A stretch of 64,000 bases of DNA from an uncultured Acetobacteraceae bacterium (GTDB lineage Bacteria; Pseudomonadota; Alphaproteobacteria; Acetobacterales; Acetobacteraceae): NCBI GenBank assembly GCA_964236535.1, contig CAXSEF010000001.1, forward strand, positions 69,818-133,817, written 5' to 3'. Made by a program: the position numbers and the translations under genes. Under the pieces are notes generated by a model. It worked only from the letters and a program-made list of their open reading frames with translations. It was not told the origin of the DNA and searched no databases. Shown piece by piece: positions 27,713 to 37,116 of this stretch. Positions within the stretch are counted from its first letter, which is position 1; every line of letters begins with the position of its first letter.

Positions 27713-27953
27713 AGGCAGGCAGGCAAGAAAGGCCAGAGGCTCTGCCTCTGGACTCCGCTCAAGGCGAGGCCTTGAGAATCCATCTGGAAGGCGCCTCGGG
27801 GCACCTGCGACCAGACCATGCGGGACTTGGGAGCGCTTTGCGATCCTTCGGCCGCGTTGCGGGATCGCACCGACATGCGCCGGTCCCGGGGCGGCTCGCC
27901 CCTGGGGGGTCCCCGCTTCCAGGCCATGGGCAGCGCCCAGCCTGGCTTGCCTG
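27713..27953 (-). repeat. Stacked-hairpin repeat(s), composite or degenerate, downstream of nuoN
   Basis: Left part is aggcaggcaggcaagaaaggCCAGAGGCtctGCCTCTGGactccgctcaaggcgaggccttgagaatcc. Right part is gggcagcgcccagcctggcttgcctg. Confidence 0.65.
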
Positions 27954-27960
27954 ATCCGGT

Positions 27961-28770
27961 ATGCTTCTCGTCATCGACGCCGGCAACACCAACGTCGTGT
28001 TCGCGGTGCACGACGACACCCGCTGGGTCGGCAATTTCCGCATCGCGACCGAGTCGCAGCGCACCTCGGACGAGTATGCCGTATGGCTGATGGCGCTGCT
28101 CGCGCTGCGTGGCATCGACCCCGCACGGATCAGCGCGGCGGTGATCGGCACCGTGGTCCCGGCGGCGCTCTACCATCTGCGCCGGCTGTGCCGCGACTGG
28201 TTCGAGGTGGAGCCGCTGGTTGCCCGCTCGACGCTGCACTGGGGCTTCAAGATATGCGTCGACACCCCGGCCGAGGTCGGCGCCGACCGGCTGGTCAACG
28301 CGCTGGCCGCGCACGAGCGCTACGTGGGCCCGCTGGTGGTGATCGATTTCGGCACCGCGACAACATTCGACGTGGTAGACCAGGACGGATCATATATCGG
28401 CGGCGTGATCGCGCCTGGCATCAACCTGTCGATCGAGGCGCTGCACCAGGCCGCGGCACGCCTGCCGCGCATCGGCATCGGCCGGCCGCAGGCGGTGATC
28501 GGCCGCTCGACGGTGCCGGCCATGCAGTCCGGCATCTACTGGGGCTATGTCGGCCTGATCGAGGGGCTGGTTGCGCGCATCCAGGGCGAGTTCGACCGCC
28601 CGCTGAAGGTCGTGGCCACGGGGGGACTGGCGCCGCTGTTCTCCGAGGGGACGACGGTGATGGAGCGCATCGACCCCGACCTGACCCTTGACGGGTTGCG
28701 CATGTTGGCACAACGCAACCCAACACCCATATTGTCTCGTGACCGAACAAGACTGATTGAAGGCGATTAA
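27961..28770 (+). CDS. coaX: Type III pantothenate kinase
   Basis: Contains [38 protein letters not shown] and GGVIAPG. Confidence 0.92.
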   Translation: MLLVIDAGNTNVVFAVHDDTRWVGNFRIATESQRTSDEYAVWLMALLALRGIDPARISAAVIGTVVPAALYHLRRLCRDWFEVEPLVARSTLHWGFKICVDTPAEVGADRLVNALAAHERYVGPLVVIDFGTATTFDVVDQDGSYIGGVIAPGINLSIEALHQAAARLPRIGIGRPQAVIGRSTVPAMQSGIYWGYVGLIEGLVARIQGEFDRPLKVVATGGLAPLFSEGTTVMERIDPDLTLDGLRMLAQRNPTPILSRDRTRLIEGD

Positions 28771-30422
28771 TGAACGCGATGAGCGCAGACTTGGCCTTCC
28801 TGCCCCTGGGCGGGACGGGCGAGATCGGCATGAACCTGAACCTGTACCGGTGCAACGGCCACTGGCTTGCGGTCGATTGCGGCATCGGCTTCGGCGGGTC
28901 GGAGATGCCGGAGGTCGAGGTGATGATGCCCGACCCGGCCTTCATTGCCGAGCGGCGCGACAAGCTGGTCGGCCTTGTCATCACCCATGCCCATGAGGAC
29001 CACATCGGCGGCGTGGCCCATTTGTGGCGCCAGCTGCGCTGCCCGGTCTACGCGACCCCGTTCGCGGCCTCGGTGCTGCGCCGCAAGCTTGGCGAGGCGC
29101 AGCTCGTCAGCGAGGTGAAGATCCATGTGATCCAGCCCGGCGCCAGCTTCGACCTGGCGCCGTTCTCGCTGCAGTTCATCCGCGTCGCCCACTCGATCCC
29201 CGAGGCGCAGGCGCTGGTCATCCGCACCCCGCACGGCGTGGTGCTGCACACCGGCGACTGGAAGCTCGACGCCACCCCGATGGTCGGGCCGCCCACCGAC
29301 GAGGCGGCGCTGCAGGCGCTCGGCGACCAGGGCGTGCTGGCGATGGTGTGCGACAGCACCAACGCCCTGGTGGAGGGGCATTCCGGCTCCGAGTCCAACG
29401 TGCGCAGCTCGATGGCCGAGCTGATCGCGAGCCTGCACGGCCGCGGCCGCATCGCCGTGACCTGCTTCGCCAGCAACGTCGCCCGCGTCGAGAGCATCGC
29501 GCTGGCGGCGCGCGCTGCCGGGCGCTCGGTCGCCATGGTCGGCCGCTCCCTGCGCAACCTCGACCAGAGTGCGCGCGAGACCGGCTACCTGCGCGGCATC
29601 ACCGAGTTCGTGCCCGAGGACCAGGCCGGCTCGGTGCCCGACGAGAGCCTGCTGATGATGGTCACCGGCAGCCAGGGCGAGCCCCGCTCGGCGCTGGCCC
29701 GCATTGCGATGGACACCCACCCCAACATCGCGATGGGACCGGGCGACACCGTGGTGTTCAGCAGCCGCACCATCCCCGGCAACGAGCGCGCCATCGGCGT
29801 GGTGCAGGACAACCTGGTGCGGCGCGGCGTGCGGATCATCACCGCCGACGACCATCTGGTGCACGTCTCCGGACATCCCGCCCGCGACGAGCTGCGTCGC
29901 ATGTACGAGCTGGTCCGCCCGCGGTTCTCGGTGCCCGTGCATGGCGAGTGGCGGCACATGTCCTCGCACGCCGCGCTGGCGCAGGAGGCGGGCGCGATCC
30001 CGTTCCTGATCGAGGACGGCGACATCCTCAGCCTGTCCGGCAACCGCCCCGAGGTCGTGGACTCCGCCCCTGTCGGCCGCCTGGCGCTCGACGGCAACCG
30101 CCTGGTGCCGATCAACGGCGGGGTGCTGCAGGCGCGCCGGCGCATGCTGTTCAACGGCATGGTGATCGCCTCCATCGCGGTTGACAGCGAGGGCCACGTG
30201 CGCGGCATCCCCAAGGTCACCGCCCCTGGGCTGTTCGAACCCGACGAGCCCGAGGCGCTGCGCGTGGCAAAGGAGTTCGTCGCCGCGCTGGAGAGCCTGC
30301 CGCAGGCGCTGCGCCGCGACGATGCGCCGCTGCTCGACGCCGCCAAGTCCGCGCTGCGCCGCGCACTCGGCCGCCGGCTGCAGAAGCGCCCGCTCGTGGA
30401 CATCCATCTGCTGCGGGTCTGA
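28770..30422 (+). CDS. rnj: Ribonuclease J (metallo-beta-lactamase / beta-CASP family)
   Basis: 550 aa. Contains LPLGGTGEIGMN, ITHAHEDHIGG, CDSTNA and HVSGHP. Its ATG overlaps the coaX TAA by 1 nt. Confidence 0.9.
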   Translation: MNAMSADLAFLPLGGTGEIGMNLNLYRCNGHWLAVDCGIGFGGSEMPEVEVMMPDPAFIAERRDKLVGLVITHAHEDHIGGVAHLWRQLRCPVYATPFAASVLRRKLGEAQLVSEVKIHVIQPGASFDLAPFSLQFIRVAHSIPEAQALVIRTPHGVVLHTGDWKLDATPMVGPPTDEAALQALGDQGVLAMVCDSTNALVEGHSGSESNVRSSMAELIASLHGRGRIAVTCFASNVARVESIALAARAAGRSVAMVGRSLRNLDQSARETGYLRGITEFVPEDQAGSVPDESLLMMVTGSQGEPRSALARIAMDTHPNIAMGPGDTVVFSSRTIPGNERAIGVVQDNLVRRGVRIITADDHLVHVSGHPARDELRRMYELVRPRFSVPVHGEWRHMSSHAALAQEAGAIPFLIEDGDILSLSGNRPEVVDSAPVGRLALDGNRLVPINGGVLQARRRMLFNGMVIASIAVDSEGHVRGIPKVTAPGLFEPDEPEALRVAKEFVAALESLPQALRRDDAPLLDAAKSALRRALGRRLQKRPLVDIHLLRV

Positions 30423-30683
30423 ATGGGCTGGTTCACCGGGTTCGTGCTGTTCGCGCTGATCTGGTGGACCGTGCTGTTCGCCGTGCTGCCGCTGGGTGCC
30501 CAGCCGCTCGCCGACGCAGACCCCGCGAGCGGCTGGCGCGGCGCTCCCCGGCGCCCGCGGCTGCTGCGTACGGTGCTGCTGACGACGGCGGTATCTGCGG
30601 TGGTCTGGCTGGCGTGTTTTGTGGTGATCAGCAGCGACTGGCTAAGTTTTCGCCACGGCTGGCTGGCTCTGCCTGACGACTAG
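30423..30683 (+). CDS. DUF1467-family small membrane protein
   Basis: 86 aa with two TM segments. WWTVLFAVLPLG is typical of the alphaproteobacterial DUF1467 family. The ATG follows the rnj TGA directly. Confidence 0.75.
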   Translation: MGWFTGFVLFALIWWTVLFAVLPLGAQPLADADPASGWRGAPRRPRLLRTVLLTTAVSAVVWLACFVVISSDWLSFRHGWLALPDD

Positions 30684-30699
30684 GCTGGTCCAGGCCAGC

Positions 30700-30751
30700 C
30701 TGCACAGAGGCGCAGCATATCTCACGCGGATGCTGCAAAATCTCTGTGCAG
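30700..30751 (+). terminator. Long interrupted hairpin downstream of the rnj-DUF1467 unit (candidate terminator or processing site)
   Basis: CTGCACAGAG-gc-GCAGCAT-atctcacgcgg-ATGCTGC-aaaat-CTCTGTGCAG gives 17 paired positions. It is followed by ttggtcgattttca. Confidence 0.35.
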
Positions 30752-31105
30752 TTGGTCGATTTTCATAGACTGCCAGTCGGCTTGAAGCTGATTATTACGA
30801 CGGACAAACACTCTGTTGTCCGGTCGTGTGACTGGCGTTTCCTCCCCAAACTTGGCCCGCGTGCAATGCATGCGGGCCACCTTCTTGATATCACCGTGTC
30901 GGTATCTGTCACCTGTAAAGTTGTAATAGGTTTACTTCTTTCCCGGCGTGATTGTGCGCCGCACAAAGGTTGCAGGCGAGCCGCTGGCTTCGGTGCGCTT
31001 GCCCCGACACGACTGTCGCGGCAAGGGATCCGCAGTATAGCGCGCGCCCTGGCTCCCGCACCCGCCGCGCTGTAACCTCCGGCATTCCAGAGAACCGGAT
31101 GTCCG

Positions 31106-32479
31106 ATGCGCCTGTCCCGCTCCCTCGTGCCCACGCTTAAGGAAAACCCTGCCGAGGCGCAGATCGTCTCGCACCGGCTGATGCTGCGCGCCGGCCTGGT
31201 TCGCCAGAGTGCCGCCGGCATCTACGCCTGGCTGCCGGCGGGCCTGCGCGTGTTGCGCCGCATCGAGACGATCGTGCGGGAAGAACAGGATGCCGCCGGC
31301 GCGCAGGAACTGCTGATGCCGACAATCCAGCCCGCCGACCTGTGGCGCGAGAGCGGCCGCTACGACGACTACGGCCCCGAGATGCTGCGCGTGCGGGACC
31401 GCCACGAGCGCGACCTGCTGTACGGGCCGACCAACGAGGAGGTGCTGACCGACATCCTGCGGCACTCGGTCAAGTCGTACCGCGAGCTGCCGCAGACCCT
31501 GTACCACATCCAGTGGAAGTTCCGTGACGAGGTCCGCCCGCGCTTCGGCGTCATGCGCGGCCGCGAGTTCCTGATGAAGGACGCCTACAGCGTCGACCTC
31601 GACCATGCCGGAGCCGTGGTCAGCTACCGCCGGATGATGCTGGCCTACCTGCGGACGTTCCAGCGCCTCGGCGTGCAGGCGATCCCGATGCGCGCCGATA
31701 CCGGCCCGATCGGCGGCGAGCTGAGCCACGAGTTCATCATCCTGGCGCCGACCGGCGAGAGCCAGGTGTTCTACGACCAGGCGTTCGAGCACGAGGATTT
31801 CTCGACGTTCGCCGGCTATCCCGCCGCCCACGAGCTTGCCGGGTTCTACGACCGCATCACCGGACGCTATGCTGCCACCGAGGACATGCACGACCCCGCC
31901 GCCTGGGCCGCCGTGCCCCGCGAGCGCCAGCGCGAGGGCCGCGGCATCGAGGTCGGCCACATCTTCAACTTCGGCACCAAGTACAGCCGCCCGATGGGCT
32001 TCACCGTCGCCGGCCCGGACGGCAAGCCGGTGCACCCGGAGATGGGCAGCTACGGCATCGGCGTCTCCCGCCTGGTCGGCGCCCTGATCGAGGCCAGCCA
32101 TGACGAGGCCGGCATCGTCTGGCCCGAGAGCGTCGCCCCGTTCCGCGCCGCCATTCTCAACCTGCGCGTGGGCGACGCCGCCTGCGACGCCATCTGCGAA
32201 CGCCTCTATGCCGCGCTCGACCACGACGCGCTCTACGACGAGCGCGACGAGCGGGCCGGCGCCAAGTTCGCCGACGCCGACCTGATGGGTCACCCCTGGC
32301 AGCTTGTCGTCGGCCCGCGCGGCGCCAAGTCCGGCATTGTCGAGCTAAAGCGCCGCGTCCGCGGCTCGCCGGAGGGCGAGCGCACCGAGCTGTCCGTCGA
32401 GGACGCGCTCGCCCGCATCGCGGTTCCGCGCCCGGCAGCGGACGCGGCGGCCACCACCTCCGCCGCAGCCTCCGCCTGA
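31106..32479 (+). CDS. proS: Proline--tRNA ligase
   Basis: 457 aa. Contains [54 protein letters not shown] and [11 protein letters not shown]. Confidence 0.93.
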   Translation: MRLSRSLVPTLKENPAEAQIVSHRLMLRAGLVRQSAAGIYAWLPAGLRVLRRIETIVREEQDAAGAQELLMPTIQPADLWRESGRYDDYGPEMLRVRDRHERDLLYGPTNEEVLTDILRHSVKSYRELPQTLYHIQWKFRDEVRPRFGVMRGREFLMKDAYSVDLDHAGAVVSYRRMMLAYLRTFQRLGVQAIPMRADTGPIGGELSHEFIILAPTGESQVFYDQAFEHEDFSTFAGYPAAHELAGFYDRITGRYAATEDMHDPAAWAAVPRERQREGRGIEVGHIFNFGTKYSRPMGFTVAGPDGKPVHPEMGSYGIGVSRLVGALIEASHDEAGIVWPESVAPFRAAILNLRVGDAACDAICERLYAALDHDALYDERDERAGAKFADADLMGHPWQLVVGPRGAKSGIVELKRRVRGSPEGERTELSVEDALARIAVPRPAADAAATTSAAASA

Positions 32480-33837
32480 TGTTCAACGCCTTCGAGCGCG
32501 CCGTGGCCGGCCGCTACCTGCGCGCGCGGCGCGGCGAACGTTTCGTCTCGGTGATCGCGGTGTTCTCGCTCGTCGGCATTGCGCTCGGCGTCGCCACCCT
32601 GATCATCGTCATGTCGGTCATGAACGGCTTCAAGTCCGACCTGCTCGGCCGCATCCTCGGCCTCAACGGCGACCTGTCGATCTACAGCTCCGGCGCCTCG
32701 CTCTCCAACTACGACGCCATCCTGCAGAAGGTCCGCGCCGTTCCTGGCGTCACCTCCGCCGTCCCCCTCGTCGAGGGCCAGGTCCTGCTCAGCACCGACC
32801 GCGGCAGCACCGGCGGCCTGGTCCGCGGCACCCGCGCCGAGGACCTGCGCAACCTGCACGAGATCAGCGACAACATCCGCGCCGGCACGCTCGACGGCTT
32901 CGGCGCACCGGGGCCCGGTGGCCCCGGTGCAGGAGCGAATGACGGCATCGCCATCGGGCTGACCATGGCCGACCGTTTCGGCCTCGCCATCGGCTCGAAG
33001 CTCACGCTCGTCTCGCCGGAAGGGGCCGCGACCGCGTTCGGCACCATCCCCCGTGTCCGCGCCTACCGTGTCGCCGCCATCTTCCAGGCCGGCCTGAACG
33101 ACTACGACAGCACCTTCGTGTTCCTGCCGCTGGCGGCCGCCCAGACCTTCTTCCAGCGCCCCGGCCAGGCCACCCAGATCTCGGTCATGGTCGCCGACCC
33201 CGAGCGAGTCGGCCCCGTCACCCGCGCCATCCGCACCGCCCTCGACGTGCCCGCCGCCACGCCCGTCCCGCTCGCCCAGACGCTCGCCACGCCACCCGCC
33301 GCGCCACCGCCTGCGGCTGGCGCACAGCCTGCGCCGGTCCGCGTCGTCGACTGGACGCAGAGCAACAACAGCTTCTTCGCCGCCATCCAGGTCGAGCAGA
33401 ACGTCATGTTCCTCATCCTGACGCTCATTATCCTGGTGGCCGCCTTCAACGTCGTCAGCTCGCTGATCATGATGGTCAAGGACAAGACTCGCGACATCGC
33501 CGTGCTGCGCACCCTCGGCGCAGGCCGCGGCGCCATCCTGCGCATCTTCCTGATGTGCGGCGCCTCGGTGGGCGTTACCGGAACCCTGCTCGGCACCCTG
33601 CTCGGCGTGCTGTTCTGCGCCAACATCGAGCGCATCCGCCTCGCCCTGCAGTCCGTCACCGGCACCGACCTGTTCAACCCCGAGGTGTACTATCTCGAAC
33701 ACCTGCCGGCGAAGCTCGACTGGGCCGAGGTCACCCAGGTCATCGTCATGGCGCTGGTGCTTTCCCTGCTCGCTACCCTCTACCCGAGCTGGCGCGCCGC
33801 CCGCACCGACCCTGTCGAGGCGCTCCGCCATGAATGA
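32479..33837 (+). CDS. Lipoprotein-releasing ABC transporter permease (LolC/E family)
   Basis: 452 aa. Starts [34 protein letters not shown] and has a C-terminal FtsX-type domain ([10 protein letters not shown]). Its ATG overlaps the proS TGA. Confidence 0.88.
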   Translation: MFNAFERAVAGRYLRARRGERFVSVIAVFSLVGIALGVATLIIVMSVMNGFKSDLLGRILGLNGDLSIYSSGASLSNYDAILQKVRAVPGVTSAVPLVEGQVLLSTDRGSTGGLVRGTRAEDLRNLHEISDNIRAGTLDGFGAPGPGGPGAGANDGIAIGLTMADRFGLAIGSKLTLVSPEGAATAFGTIPRVRAYRVAAIFQAGLNDYDSTFVFLPLAAAQTFFQRPGQATQISVMVADPERVGPVTRAIRTALDVPAATPVPLAQTLATPPAAPPPAAGAQPAPVRVVDWTQSNNSFFAAIQVEQNVMFLILTLIILVAAFNVVSSLIMMVKDKTRDIAVLRTLGAGRGAILRIFLMCGASVGVTGTLLGTLLGVLFCANIERIRLALQSVTGTDLFNPEVYYLEHLPAKLDWAEVTQVIVMALVLSLLATLYPSWRAARTDPVEALRHE

Positions 33838-34546
33838 CTTCGCACCCGGCCAGGCCCGCGCCGACACCGAAATCGCCCTCGCCCTGCGCGGGGTCACCCG
33901 GACCTACCGCAGCGAGGCCGGCCCGCTCGACGTCCTGCGCGGCGTCGACCTCGAACTGCGCGCCGGCGAGATCACCGCGCTCGTCGCCCCGTCAGGCACC
34001 GGCAAGTCCACCCTGCTGCACACCGCCGGCCTGCTCGAACGCCCGGACGCGGGGCACGTCCTCGTCGCCGGCCGCGACGCCGGCGCCCTCTCCGACCACG
34101 ACCGCACCCAGATCCGCAGCCGCGCCATCGGCTTCGTCTACCAGTTCCACCACCTGCTCGCCGAGTTCACCGCGCTGGAGAACATCGTGCTGCCGCAGAT
34201 GATCGCCGGCTGCCGCCGCCGCGAGGCCGAAGCCCGCGCCCACGGCCTGCTCGCCGCCTTCGGCCTTGCCGACCGCGCCCGCCACCTGCCCGGCAAGCTG
34301 TCCGGCGGCGAGCAGCAGCGCGTCGCCATCGCCCGCGCGCTCGCCAACGCGCCGCGTGTGCTCCTCGCCGACGAACCCACCGGCAACCTCGACGTCGCCA
34401 CCGCCGACCACGTGTTCGCCGAGCTCATGCACGCCGCCCGCGACCAGGGCACCGCCGCGCTGATCGCGACCCATAACACCGAGCTCGCCGCGCGCATGGA
34501 CCGCGTGGTCACCCTGCAGGACGGTGTGCTCGTGGAGCTGCGATAG
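33830..34546 (+). CDS. lolD: Lipoprotein-releasing ABC transporter ATP-binding protein
   Basis: Walker A is APSGTGKST, signature is [15 protein letters not shown], Walker B is [11 protein letters not shown]. It overlaps the permease gene by 8 nt. Confidence 0.92.
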   Translation: MNDFAPGQARADTEIALALRGVTRTYRSEAGPLDVLRGVDLELRAGEITALVAPSGTGKSTLLHTAGLLERPDAGHVLVAGRDAGALSDHDRTQIRSRAIGFVYQFHHLLAEFTALENIVLPQMIAGCRRREAEARAHGLLAAFGLADRARHLPGKLSGGEQQRVAIARALANAPRVLLADEPTGNLDVATADHVFAELMHAARDQGTAALIATHNTELAARMDRVVTLQDGVLVELR

Positions 34547-34678
34547 CAGGCAAGGCTGGGCTCTGCCCAGACCCGCCAAAGGCCAGGGGCTTTTGGAAAC
34601 CTCTTCCTCAAGCACATGGATTCCAAAGGCTTGCCTTTGGCGGAGTGCAGAGGCAGAGCCTCTGGCCTTGCTTGCCTG
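34547..34678 (+). repeat. Stacked-hairpin repeat, full copy (A-B-C)
   Basis: It begins immediately after the lolD TAG: caggcaaggCTGGGCtctGCCCAGacccgccaaaggc ... CCAAAGGCttGCCTTTGGcggagtgCAGAGGCagaGCCTCTGgccttgcttgcctg. Confidence 0.85.
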
Positions 34679-34705
34679 AGCGGTCATGCTCAGGGCCTGT
34701 TGGTA

Positions 34706-35581
34706 TCAGACGCCCAGCGAAACCAGTGCCCGCTCAACACGTCCTCGCTCGGGCGTTGCCAGCGGCAGGATCGGCCTAGGGGGCTGCGCGTCGGTCAGGC
34801 CGAGAAGGTTGGCGGCCGCATAGGTCACACGCAGGCTGCTCAGCTCCTTGAACAGGGTCCAGAGCGGCTGAAGCGTGGCGTCGATCCGGCGCACGGCCTC
34901 GGCATCCCCGGCCTCGGCGGCGCGCATCAGCGCCAGCGCAGGGCCGGGCAGCAGGCCGCCAAGCACGCTGTACCAGGCGACGCCGCCCGCGAGCACGGCC
35001 CCCGCGGCGTTCCAGTCGCCGCTGTAGCCGATGGCGAAGCCGGCGGGCAGGCGCTGCCGCAGGGAATCGAGCTGCGCCACCACTTCGGAGCGCAGCGGCG
35101 CCGGGTTCTTGACGGCGACGACCCCCGGCAAGGTGCTCAATCGCACGATGAGGGAGTCGCTGAACGTGAAGTGGGTGGTGGCCGGATTGTTGTAGATGCA
35201 GAGCGGCAGATCGGTGGCTCCCGCGACGGCGGCGAAGTGCTGGTAGACCTCCTCGTCGCCGAGTGGGATGTAGGACACCGGCGCGAGCAGCAGCCCGTCC
35301 GCCCCGGCCGCCTGCGCGTCCCGTGCCAGGTCCTGTACGTCGCTGGTGCGAAGCGCGCCGACACCGACGATGATGGGGATGCGTCCGCCCAGGCCTCCCG
35401 CCGCTGCCTCGACCGCCCGCCGCCGCTCCCGCCGGCTCAGGTAGGCGTAGGTACCGGTGGAGCCGAGCAGGCCCACCGAATCCACCCCGGCGGCGTCGAG
35501 ACGCTGCAGCAGGGCGGCCAGGCCGGCGGTGTCAACGCGGCCCTGCTCGTCGGCCGGAGTGATGGAAGGCCGCGAGGCCAT
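34706..35581 (-). CDS. Dihydrodipicolinate synthase / N-acetylneuraminate lyase family protein
   Basis: 291 aa. Contains GVDSVGLLGSTGTYAYLSRRERRR, PIIVGVGALRT, GADGLLLAPVSY and IYNNP....F. Confidence 0.8.
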   Translation of the reverse strand: MASRPSITPADEQGRVDTAGLAALLQRLDAAGVDSVGLLGSTGTYAYLSRRERRRAVEAAAGGLGGRIPIIVGVGALRTSDVQDLARDAQAAGADGLLLAPVSYIPLGDEEVYQHFAAVAGATDLPLCIYNNPATTHFTFSDSLIVRLSTLPGVVAVKNPAPLRSEVVAQLDSLRQRLPAGFAIGYSGDWNAAGAVLAGGVAWYSVLGGLLPGPALALMRAAEAGDAEAVRRIDATLQPLWTLFKELSSLRVTYAAANLLGLTDAQPPRPILPLATPERGRVERALVSLGV

Positions 35582-35644
35582 GGAACAGCGGCATGCCGAC
35601 TTCCTTCGGCGGGGATCACAGCAGCCGCACCCCGGACGTGTGCC

Positions 35645-35695
35645 GGTCCAGGGCGGCTCGCCCTGGCGGGTCCGGGCAGAGCCCGGCCTTGCTGC
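35645..35695 (-). repeat. Stacked-hairpin repeat, half copy (A-type end) abutting the dadA stop
   Basis: Sequence is ggtCCAGGGCggctcGCCCTGGcgggtCCGGGCagaGCCCGGccttgctgc. It is directly followed by CTA, the complement of the dadA TAG. Confidence 0.75.
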
Positions 35696-37021
35696 CTACC
35701 GGTAGCGCGCCACCGCGAGGTCCTCGTGCTCGATGTTCGGCCGGCGGTCCGAGACCAGGTCGGCGGTAAGGCGGCCGGAGCCGCAGGCCATGGTCCAGCC
35801 CAGGGTGCCGTGGCCGGTGTTGAGGAACAGGTTGAGGTATCGGGTGGCGCCGACGATGGGGGTGCCGTCGGGAGTCATCGGGCGCAGGCCGGTCCAGAAC
35901 CTGGCATGGTTGAGGTCGCCGCCGTCGGGGAACAGGTCGCGCAGCGAGTGCTCCAGGGTGGCGCGGCGGGGGGCGCGGAGCCGGCGGCTGAAGCCTGCGA
36001 GTTCGGCGGTGCCGCCGACGCGGATGCGGTCGCCGAGGCGGGTGATGCCGACCTTGTAGGTCTCGTCCATGACGGTGGAGGCGGGGGCGGCGTCGGGGTT
36101 GGTGACCGGAAGGGTGAGGGAGTAGCCCTTCACCGGGTAGATCGGCAGCTCGATGCCCAGCGGCTTGAGCAGGAAGGGGGAGTAGCTGCCCAGCGCCAGG
36201 ACGTAGCGGTCGGCCTGGACGACTTCGTGCGCGGCGGCGGCGGCACGGCGCGCGGGGCGGCCGGAGATCGTGCCGCCGGCGGCGGGGACCGGGCCGGCGG
36301 GGGCGATGCGGACGCCGGTGATGCGTCCGGCCTCGTGGTCGAGCGCCTGGATCTCCACATCGTGGCGGAAGGTGACGCCGGCGGCGCTGGCGAGGCTGGC
36401 GAGGCGCTGGGTGAACTTGTGGGCGTCGCCGGTCTGGTCGCCGGGGAGGCGGAGGCCGCCGAGGACGCGGCCGGGCACGCGGGCGAGAGCGGGCTCGGCG
36501 CGGACGCAGCCGGCCTCGTCGAGCACCTCGTAGGCGACGCCGCCCTCGTCGAGGACGGCGGTGTCGTCACGGATGTGGTCGAGCTGCTTGCTGGTGCGGA
36601 ACAGCTGGAGCGTGCCCTGCTGGCGGGCGTCGTAGTCGATGCCGGTGCCGCTGCGCAGGTCGTCGAGGCAATCACGGCTGTATTCCGCGAGGCGGACCAT
36701 GCGGGCCTTGTTGACGTGGTAGGCGTCCTCGGTGCACTCGCGCAGCATGAGCGCGAGCCAGCGGTAGAGGGCGGGGTCGGTGCCCGGGAGCAGGACGAAG
36801 GGGCGGTGGCGCATCATCAGCCAGCGCAGCGCCTTGAGCGGGATGCCGGGCGCGGCCCAGGGGGCGGAGTAGCCGGGGGAGACCTGGCCGGCGTTGGCAT
36901 AGGTGGTCTCCATGCCGGGCTCGGCCTGGCGGTCGAGCACGGTGACCTGGTGGCCGGACTGGGCGAGGTACCAGGCGGTGGTGACGCCCACGACGCCGCT
37001 GCCGAGGACGGCGACCTTCAT
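35696..37021 (-). CDS. dadA: D-amino acid dehydrogenase (FAD-dependent)
   Basis: 441 aa. Starts [32 protein letters not shown] (Rossmann fold). Contains [22 protein letters not shown] and a C-terminal [14 protein letters not shown]. Confidence 0.88.
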   Translation of the reverse strand: MKVAVLGSGVVGVTTAWYLAQSGHQVTVLDRQAEPGMETTYANAGQVSPGYSAPWAAPGIPLKALRWLMMRHRPFVLLPGTDPALYRWLALMLRECTEDAYHVNKARMVRLAEYSRDCLDDLRSGTGIDYDARQQGTLQLFRTSKQLDHIRDDTAVLDEGGVAYEVLDEAGCVRAEPALARVPGRVLGGLRLPGDQTGDAHKFTQRLASLASAAGVTFRHDVEIQALDHEAGRITGVRIAPAGPVPAAGGTISGRPARRAAAAAHEVVQADRYVLALGSYSPFLLKPLGIELPIYPVKGYSLTLPVTNPDAAPASTVMDETYKVGITRLGDRIRVGGTAELAGFSRRLRAPRRATLEHSLRDLFPDGGDLNHARFWTGLRPMTPDGTPIVGATRYLNLFLNTGHGTLGWTMACGSGRLTADLVSDRRPNIEHEDLAVARYR

Positions 37022-37116
37022 CGGCTCAGGCCTGACATGTCGTCAGCCGGGCATCGGATTGGCGGGGGCACAGGGTCAGGTGCGCCCTGCGGTCGGGCGC
37101 ACGGGGCGGCCGTCCG

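Noticed and set aside
27701-27960. Absence of a biotin-protein ligase gene (birA) between nuoN and coaX, where I recalled it in some alphaproteobacteria.
   Set aside because: This cannot be evaluated from one window. birA may simply be elsewhere, and the gap is filled by repeat copies with no decayed birA-like frame visible.
30746-31221. Track ORFs 30746-31075 (plus, 109 aa) and 30763-31221 (minus, 152 aa) in the proS upstream region.
   Set aside because: They have no SD, no family resemblance and odd composition. The minus ORF overlaps the proS start. The region is better explained as structured non-coding RNA or DNA.
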